32,000 nucleotides of DNA from Candidatus Saccharimonadota bacterium (GTDB lineage: Bacteria > Patescibacteriota > Microgenomatia > UBA1406 > GWC2-37-13), in the NCBI GenBank assembly GCA_016432445.1, contig CP066689.1, positions 870,001 through 902,000 on the forward strand, read 5' to 3'. Under the pieces are notes generated by a model that was given only the letters and a program-made list of their open reading frames with translations, searched no databases and was not told the origin of the DNA. A program made the translations under genes and the position numbers. Below are positions 9,807 through 15,516 of the stretch, piece by piece; the stretch's first letter is position 1, and each line of letters begins with the position of its first letter.

Positions 9807-9875
9807 CGGGATAGGGGAATCGGACCCCTGCCGAAAGATTGGAAATCTTCCGTTCTACCATTAAACTAATCCCGC
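9805..9875 (-). tRNA. tRNA-Gly (anticodon UCC)
   Basis: Manual cloverleaf: acceptor GCGGGAT/ATCCCGC, D stem GTTT/GAAC, anticodon stem GAAGA/TCTTT with loop TTTCCAA, T arm AGGGG-TCCGATT-CCCCT, discriminator T. No encoded CCA. Confidence 0.9.
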
Positions 9876-10129
9876 AGACTGTTCACTAATCTTCTTTTTA
9901 AATAACCTCTCCCAAAACCTGTTTTTAATTGTTTCTCTCTTATCAGTGCATCTGTTTTATTTAAACAGGCTTCGTAATAGACTAAATTAATTTCCGAAAA
10001 CTTTTTAGTTGTTTTAACTTCTTTATTAAGATGTTCTTTATATCTGTTTTTTAAATCTTTACATGAACCTATATAAAATTCATTATTTATCTGTTCATAC
10101 TTACAAAGCAAAACGTACACATAAAACAT
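9866..10129 (-). CDS. Single-domain GIY-YIG nuclease (87 aa)
   Basis: MFYVYVL...FYIGSCKDLKNRYKEH...YYE...REKQLK matches the GIY-(10-11)-YIG, R and E motifs. The last codons CTG CGG GAT TAG are nt -1 to +10 of tRNA-Gly. Confidence 0.8.
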   Translation of the reverse strand: MFYVYVLLCKYEQINNEFYIGSCKDLKNRYKEHLNKEVKTTKKFSEINLVYYEACLNKTDALIREKQLKTGFGRGYLKRRLVNSLRD

Positions 10130-10143
10130 AAACTCATGTTACT

Positions 10144-10170
10144 CCTTACTTTATATTCTGGCAAGTAAGG
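10144..10170 (-). promoter_or_regulatory. 8-bp hairpin CCTTACTT/AAGTAAGG overlapping the AAGGAG ribosome-binding site of the GIY-YIG ORF
   Basis: The minus strand reads CCTTACTTgccagaatataAAGTAAGGAG. The 3' arm contains most of the SD sequence. Confidence 0.3.
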
Positions 10171-10178
10171 AAACGTTC

Positions 10179-10239
10179 TTCGCCGAAAGCTAAAGCATTC
10201 TGGCGGACCCGCCTTAATGAGCGCAGCACTTTAGGCGGA
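10179..10239 (-). other. 61-nt GC-rich twin-hairpin leader (core GCGGGTCCGC)
   Basis: Sequence TCCGCCTAAAG...TTAAGGCGGG then TCCGCCAGAATG...TTTCGGCGAA. Organisation parallels 19207-19264. Confidence 0.5.
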
Positions 10240-10259
10240 TACCATTAAACTAATCCCGC
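10240..10259 (-). repeat. Exact 20-nt duplicate of tRNA-Gly nt 1-20 (GCGGGATTAGTTTAATGGTA)
   Basis: Identical to 9856-9875. The match ends in the D-loop region. Confidence 0.9.
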
Positions 10260-10271
10260 ATGCGGTATTAA

Positions 10272-10280
10272 ATTATATCA
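10272..10280 (-). promoter_or_regulatory. Extended -10 box TGATATAAT upstream of the tRNA-Gly 5' fragment
   Basis: The minus strand reads tttTGATATAATttaataccgcatGCGGG. It lies 12 nt before the fragment. Confidence 0.45.
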
Positions 10281-10295
10281 AAAAACTTGAGGATT

Positions 10296-11039
10296 TTAAG
10301 TTTTTTTTAAAAAAAGTTCTTGGCTTTTAATCAGATCTGAAGGGCTATTAACCCCAATCCCAACTTCCTCAAACGGTACTTTAAAACCGATTACTCTCCG
10401 ACCATCAGTAACTGCCATCTTTATTAAACTGTTAAGGTAATATTCTCCAGTTACTGGAGATTTTTTAATTCTGCCGACAAAATCCTTTAAAAATTGGTAG
10501 TTAAAACAATATAAGGCGGCATTAAGTTCAGTTATCTTCCTCTGATCAACCGTCGCATCTTTTTGTTCAACACTGTCGATTATTTCATAGTTATTATTTC
10601 TAATAATCCTTCCCCAAGCTAACTCATCAGGTTTTGCGTGCTCGGTAGTTATCATTGTTACCGCAGGATGATTATCTTTATGCATTTCAATCAAGTTCTC
10701 AATCGTCTTTTTTGAATAAAACATCATATGGTCGCCATGCCCAACTAAAACACTCTCAGGAGAATAAGAAAATAATGCTTCAATTCCAACCTTAACCGCA
10801 TTTCCTGTACCAACTCTTTCTTCCTGACAAGCATAAATGACATCATAACCTTTTAAACTATCCTCAATACTTTGATAAAAAGCTCCCACAACTACAACTA
10901 TTGGGTAGGAGATATCTTTAAAAAGCTCCACTCCATAAATGATCATGGGTTTACCCATAAATGGAGTAACCACTTTATTTTTTTCTTTTGATTCCATCCT
11001 TTTGCCAAGTCCCGCGGCAAGAATAATTGAAGCAATCAT
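10296..11039 (-). CDS. Sugar-phosphate nucleotidyltransferase, GlmU N-terminal (uridyltransferase) domain-like
   Basis: ILAAGLGKRM (G-rich NTP loop), GKPMI, GTGNAV and VGHGDHMMF parallel GlmU blocks. The ATG at 11039 (MIASII..) is preferred over the TTG at 11054, which overlaps galE. Confidence 0.65.
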   Translation of the reverse strand: MIASIILAAGLGKRMESKEKNKVVTPFMGKPMIIYGVELFKDISYPIVVVVGAFYQSIEDSLKGYDVIYACQEERVGTGNAVKVGIEALFSYSPESVLVGHGDHMMFYSKKTIENLIEMHKDNHPAVTMITTEHAKPDELAWGRIIRNNNYEIIDSVEQKDATVDQRKITELNAALYCFNYQFLKDFVGRIKKSPVTGEYYLNSLIKMAVTDGRRVIGFKVPFEEVGIGVNSPSDLIKSQELFLKKT

Positions 11040-11041
11040 AT

Positions 11042-12052
11042 TTATCTTTCCCAACCTTTAGGATGATTTGTATACCAACTCACCATCGATTTCACACTAT
11101 CTTCTATTGATTTTTTAGGAACCCATTGAAGTACTGCTTTAGCTTTTTCAATTGAAGCCACCATTTTGGCATATTCTCCTTGTCGTGGTTCGGTTTTTTC
11201 TACGTTAAATGTCTTACCTGTTACACTTTGGACTTTATCAACTATATCCATAACTGAGTTACCTGTACCGGTTCCAATATTAATTGCCTCGCTTTTTCCA
11301 CCTGCCATAAGATAATCTAAAGCTTTAAGATGAGCTTCATTTAGATCAACAACATTAACATAATCTCTTATTGGTGTTTTATCGGGAGTGGCAACCTGAG
11401 GACATGTAATAAAAAAAGGGGCAATATCTAAAGCTCCGCGGATGGCATTTTGCATGAGCAGCGTTGAAGGTTTTTTTGAGTCGCCGATTAAACCATCTTC
11501 AGAGGCGCCGCAAACATTAAAATATCTTAAAGTAACATACTTTAAATCTTTAAGATTTGAGTACCACTCCATTATCTTTTCGACCATTTTTTTAGATTCC
11601 CCATAAGGATTAGCCGGATTCATCGGGTGTTTTTCATCAACCGGCACATACTCAGCCTCTCCATAAACTGCGCAGGTTGAAGAAAATACTATCCGTTTTA
11701 TGTCATGTTTTAGCATGGTATCCAAGAGATTCTGTGTACCGCAGACATTATTTGAAAAATACTTCTCAGGCTTTTTCATTGACTCATCAACCAAACACAA
11801 AGCAGCATAATGAACCACCGCATCGATATTGGATTCTTTTTCAAAAATAGAGGAGAGGTCATCGCTTAAGTTGGCCTCATAGTATCTTAATTTTTCTTTA
11901 CCAAACTTATCCTGTAAAAGCTCTAACGGCTGTTTATAACCTCTTGAAAAGTTATCCAGACCGACAACTTCATAACCATTTTGTAAAAATAAATAAGTAG
12001 CCACTGAAGCGATATAACCTCCCGCTCCTGTAATAAGAATTTTTTTTGCCAT
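11042..12052 (-). CDS. galE: UDP-glucose 4-epimerase
   Basis: KILITGAGGYIASVATYLFLQNGYEVVGLDNFSRGY, YGESK catalytic motif, 336 aa. Confidence 0.85.
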   Translation of the reverse strand: MAKKILITGAGGYIASVATYLFLQNGYEVVGLDNFSRGYKQPLELLQDKFGKEKLRYYEANLSDDLSSIFEKESNIDAVVHYAALCLVDESMKKPEKYFSNNVCGTQNLLDTMLKHDIKRIVFSSTCAVYGEAEYVPVDEKHPMNPANPYGESKKMVEKIMEWYSNLKDLKYVTLRYFNVCGASEDGLIGDSKKPSTLLMQNAIRGALDIAPFFITCPQVATPDKTPIRDYVNVVDLNEAHLKALDYLMAGGKSEAINIGTGTGNSVMDIVDKVQSVTGKTFNVEKTEPRQGEYAKMVASIEKAKAVLQWVPKKSIEDSVKSMVSWYTNHPKGWER

Positions 12053-12093
12053 TACCTATTTTACCAAATAGGTTATGAGTTATGGGTTGTGAG

Positions 12094-12996
12094 TTATGAT
12101 CTTAGCCTGTGGAAAGGATGATAATGAAGTCTTCCTTCGCTTATGTAAATTCCTCCAAAAACTAAGACTGAACCAATCAGAAAATATAAGGTCGGATATT
12201 CATGAACCAGAGGAATAGCTATCAAAATAGCCACCACAGGATCAATATAAGTAAAAATACCGACTTCTTGGGCCGCTATTTTTGACAGTCCGTAAAAAAA
12301 TAAAAAATACGCTAAAGCTGATGAAAAAAGCGCGCCAAAGATAATACCTGTTATTCCAGCCGAATTTAAGCTACTAAAACTCCATAATTGCAATTCATTA
12401 AACATAAATGGGGCAAATGTGAAAGAAGCAAAAATAAATCCAATAAAAATAATAGGGTAGGGGCTTAATTTTTTTAACTCATTTTTTAGTAGCAAAGGAT
12501 GTAAAACAGCGCCAAGTGTAGCTATTATATACATAACATTGCCTTCAAAAGCTGATTTTCCCATACTTTTCCCCTCAACTAATATTGGTAAAAACACAAT
12601 AACTAATACCCCAAGTAGTGAGAAAAACATTCCAAATAACGTTCTATATTTTATCTTTTCATGCAAAAAAAAGACTGCTAAAAGAAAAAGGAATAAAGGA
12701 CCACTTGATGCAATAATCGGAGCATTAATGCTATCTGCCCGTTGAAGCCCCATGAAAAAGAAGCTGATATTAATCGTAATGCCAAAAAAAGATGCCAGGA
12801 TAGTTTTCGTCCACTCACGGCGGTTAAGAGAACGGAAATTAAAACGCCATATAAAAGGCAAGAATATTAAAGCGGCTATGAAAAACCTCAAGAAAGCTAA
12901 GGTAAAAGGAGGAATATTGGTTAAAGAATATTTAAAAATGGGAGCCGCTGCTCCCCAAATAATATTAGCAATGATAAGAGCAAGTATTGGATTCAT
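12094..12996 (-). CDS. EamA/DMT-family transporter
   Basis: 300 aa, 10 predicted TM segments in two homologous halves, typical EamA architecture. Confidence 0.7.
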   Translation of the reverse strand: MNPILALIIANIIWGAAAPIFKYSLTNIPPFTLAFLRFFIAALIFLPFIWRFNFRSLNRREWTKTILASFFGITINISFFFMGLQRADSINAPIIASSGPLFLFLLAVFFLHEKIKYRTLFGMFFSLLGVLVIVFLPILVEGKSMGKSAFEGNVMYIIATLGAVLHPLLLKNELKKLSPYPIIFIGFIFASFTFAPFMFNELQLWSFSSLNSAGITGIIFGALFSSALAYFLFFYGLSKIAAQEVGIFTYIDPVVAILIAIPLVHEYPTLYFLIGSVLVFGGIYISEGRLHYHPFHRLRS

Positions 12997-13069
12997 ATAA
13001 GTTAAGAGTCGAGGGTTTAAGGGTTTAGGGCTTCAACTATTAAACTCTTAACCCTTGACCCTGAACTAG

Positions 13070-13969
13070 TCAACGGCTTTGTCTTTTATTTAAGTATACG
13101 ATCAATTCGCCAATAAATCCTGTAACAATAATCTGTACTCCGACTATTACTAATAGTAAACCTAAAAAAAGTATCGGGCGGCGGTATAAAAGTTCTTGAA
13201 AATAAATTCTTTCAATCCCAAGATAAATAAGAATTAAACTTCCTAATGCAAAAATTGATACTCCAACCGTACCAAAAAAATGCAAAGGTTTCTCAACATA
13301 TTTGATCAGAAAGAAATAGGAGATTAAGTCAAAAAAACCAAAAAGCATTCGCCAAAACCCATATTTGGAAACCCCGTACTGTCTGGCATGATGATCTACT
13401 TCAACCTCGGTTATCTTAAAACCTTCATTTTTAGCAAGGATTGGTAAAATTCTATAATTATCACCGTATAAACGGACATTTTCTAATACCTCACGACGCA
13501 TAACTTTAAAACCGCAGTTGATATCATGAAGATCAACATTAAATAACCGCGCAATAAGTTTATTGTAAATCTTTGAAGGGAATGTTTTATCTACTCCGTC
13601 ATTTCTTTTTTTCCGGTAACCATTAACTAAATCATATCCTTCATTTATTTTATGAATAAATTTTGGAATGTCCTGAGGATCATCCTGTAAATCCGCATCC
13701 ATAAAAACTATAATCTCACCCTTTGATTCGAAAAAACCAGTCTCTAAGGCTTTTCCTTTGCCATAATTTTTTCTTAATACTAAGATCTTTGATTTACTGT
13801 CTTTTTCAATCGTCTTTTCAAGCTGAGCCTTACCTAAATCAGTTGATCCGTCATCGACAAAAATAATCTCATACTCAATTTTGAGTTTATTAATCTCGTC
13901 TTTTAATTTATGAAATAATATCGGCAAATTTTGCTCCTCGTTGTGAAAGGGAATAATTATTGAGATCAT
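13070..13969 (-). CDS. Polyprenol-phosphate glycosyltransferase, GT2 (DPM1/GtrB/ArnC-like) with two C-terminal TM helices
   Basis: ISIIIPFHNEE, IFVDDGSTD, YGKGKA, FMDADLQDDP and GYRKKR motifs, plus a hydrophobic C-terminus. Confidence 0.8.
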   Translation of the reverse strand: MISIIIPFHNEEQNLPILFHKLKDEINKLKIEYEIIFVDDGSTDLGKAQLEKTIEKDSKSKILVLRKNYGKGKALETGFFESKGEIIVFMDADLQDDPQDIPKFIHKINEGYDLVNGYRKKRNDGVDKTFPSKIYNKLIARLFNVDLHDINCGFKVMRREVLENVRLYGDNYRILPILAKNEGFKITEVEVDHHARQYGVSKYGFWRMLFGFFDLISYFFLIKYVEKPLHFFGTVGVSIFALGSLILIYLGIERIYFQELLYRRPILFLGLLLVIVGVQIIVTGFIGELIVYLNKRQSR

Positions 13970-13980
13970 ATTTAAAAAAT

Positions 13981-14013
13981 AAATCTAAATGTCAAAATCC
14001 AAATATCAAATTA
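13981..14013. repeat. Left copy of the 33-bp inverted repeat (27 bp perfect)
   Basis: Plus-strand 13987-14013 aaatgtcaaaatccaaatatcaaatta equals the reverse complement of 15481-15507. The extended match is 32/33. Confidence 0.9.
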
Positions 14014-14050
14014 AGTCCAAAATATAAATGTTAAAAAAGTTTGTCATTTG

Positions 14051-15505
14051 TCATTTAGATTTTGGATTTTTCTTGTAAACTACCAATCCGTCTTGATCAT
14101 GAATTTTTTTGAAACGGTTATCCTTAACTAACTTTTCATATACTGGTATAAGCTCTTCCTTCTCCGGATAATTATATATCTCTGTGGGCCTTATTACAAT
14201 GAAATCCGCTAAAACATATCTGTCAGAAAAAGTATAAAAATATCTTCGTGAAGTAAAATGAGGCGCTAGCTGACCAGTGGATGAAACTTTTATTTTTTCG
14301 TCTTTTAATGAATCTTTCCAATATTCAAGCTGTTTATATTCTTTTTGAGGATATTTAAATGGATGAATCTCCTGGCTCAGGGAATAGGGGAGAGGCCCCT
14401 TAAAATAAGCAAACACTAGGGTTGAAATGATTATAATTGTTATAACTATTATAAAATTTATACGGATAAGTTTTCTTGCTCCATAGATTGCTGCAATAAA
14501 AACAAAAGGCTGAATTACTGCTGTGTAATGAAAGACTATGCTTCTCATAGCCCAGCTCTTGGATAACAGATTGATAGCCCACTCTGGAAGAGAAATTAAT
14601 AATTCTAAAGGAGCAAAAATTGAAATAAATCCTAAAGGTCCCAACATAAATAAGAGATAACGGAAGGTATCAATATGAAATATATATTTTGTTAAGCTTG
14701 AAGGATTGTTAAATATGCCAATCATAACTTTTAATGGAGAATCTCCAAAATCATTGTAATAGCTTAATGCAAAATGATTGCTTCCACGAAAATAAGGAAT
14801 AATTACAAATATAGATAAAATAAACCATAATACGCTTAAGGCAATAACAGTTATTGGAAACCAATGTCTTTTAGTTACTCCCATTCTTAGTAAAGCGTAA
14901 GCTCCGAAAAAGGCCGTAGTTAAACCTACCTGCTCTTTGGAAAGAAGACTTAAGATAAGAAACAAAAGACTTAATTTATAGCGTTTTACTAACCAAAAAT
15001 AAAACATAAAAATAATAAAAGACGTCACTAAAGCTACTGCATGAAACTCATACAGGTTAACCCTTTGAAGCGGGGGATAGAGAAGATAACTTAAGGAAAA
15101 TACCAAAGATAAAAGATCTTTATACTTATTTTTACCAAAAACTATTTGAGCGATTTTATAGATACCAAATGCTCCTAAAGCTATTGCCGCAGTTTGAATA
15201 ACAAGAAGAGTCTCAGGACCGGAATAAATAAAATAAAATGGAGCCAGTAAAGCCAGAAGAATATCATTATGAATAGCCATCCTTTTAATCTGCTCTGAGC
15301 CAAATGGATTAGTCAACTCTAAAAATCTTGACCAATCCCAAGAGGCGATGGCTTGGTAGGTGTTATAAACGGTCTGATGCATTATCCCTAAATCAAAATA
15401 AGAAGCATACAGCGTTTGAAAACGGAGAATTGTAAAGTAGGAAAAATAAACCGCATAAGCTCCTATAAAAAACCACAAAATAATTTGATATTTGGATTTT
15501 GACAT
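14051..15505 (-). CDS. DUF2079-like polytopic membrane protein (possible GT-C-type enzyme)
   Basis: 484 aa. The YFDLGIMHQ motif after TM1 resembles the DUF2079 FDLGIFDQ signature recalled from memory. Many TM segments plus a soluble C-terminus. Confidence 0.5.
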   Translation of the reverse strand: MSKSKYQIILWFFIGAYAVYFSYFTILRFQTLYASYFDLGIMHQTVYNTYQAIASWDWSRFLELTNPFGSEQIKRMAIHNDILLALLAPFYFIYSGPETLLVIQTAAIALGAFGIYKIAQIVFGKNKYKDLLSLVFSLSYLLYPPLQRVNLYEFHAVALVTSFIIFMFYFWLVKRYKLSLLFLILSLLSKEQVGLTTAFFGAYALLRMGVTKRHWFPITVIALSVLWFILSIFVIIPYFRGSNHFALSYYNDFGDSPLKVMIGIFNNPSSLTKYIFHIDTFRYLLFMLGPLGFISIFAPLELLISLPEWAINLLSKSWAMRSIVFHYTAVIQPFVFIAAIYGARKLIRINFIIVITIIIISTLVFAYFKGPLPYSLSQEIHPFKYPQKEYKQLEYWKDSLKDEKIKVSSTGQLAPHFTSRRYFYTFSDRYVLADFIVIRPTEIYNYPEKEELIPVYEKLVKDNRFKKIHDQDGLVVYKKNPKSK

Positions 15506-15513
15506 TTGGATTT
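15481..15513. repeat. Right copy of the 33-bp inverted repeat, containing the start codon and first 8 codons of the 14051-15505 gene
   Basis: See 13981-14013. Confidence 0.9.
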
Positions 15514-15516
15514 TAA

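Noticed and set aside
9673-9861. 62-aa minus-strand ORF from the track
   Set aside because: It is composed of the tRNA-Gly body, the A/T hairpin and the GC-rich hairpins read as protein. It is out of frame with the real GIY-YIG remnant (9561-9734), which it partly overlaps.
10130-10259. Group I intron, archaeal-type BHB intron or split-tRNA interpretation of the tRNA 5' fragments
   Set aside because: The downstream tRNAs are complete on their own. The intervening leaders (~60-110 nt plus an ORF) are too short and lack group I core elements. No complementary 3' half or bulge-helix-bulge motif was seen.
12071-12098. 14-nt tandem duplication ggttatgagttatg / ggttgtgagttatg
   Set aside because: There are only two units and they overlap the EamA stop codon. 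It looks like ordinary low-complexity spacer rather than a functional repeat array.
13981-14062. Calling this hairpin a simple Rho-independent terminator of the DUF2079-like gene
   Set aside because: The stem plus T-run fits, but the T-run ends 3 nt before the ATG of the next co-oriented gene (13969), and the left arm is also one arm of the 33-bp long-range inverted repeat. It is reported under findings instead of as a terminator feature.
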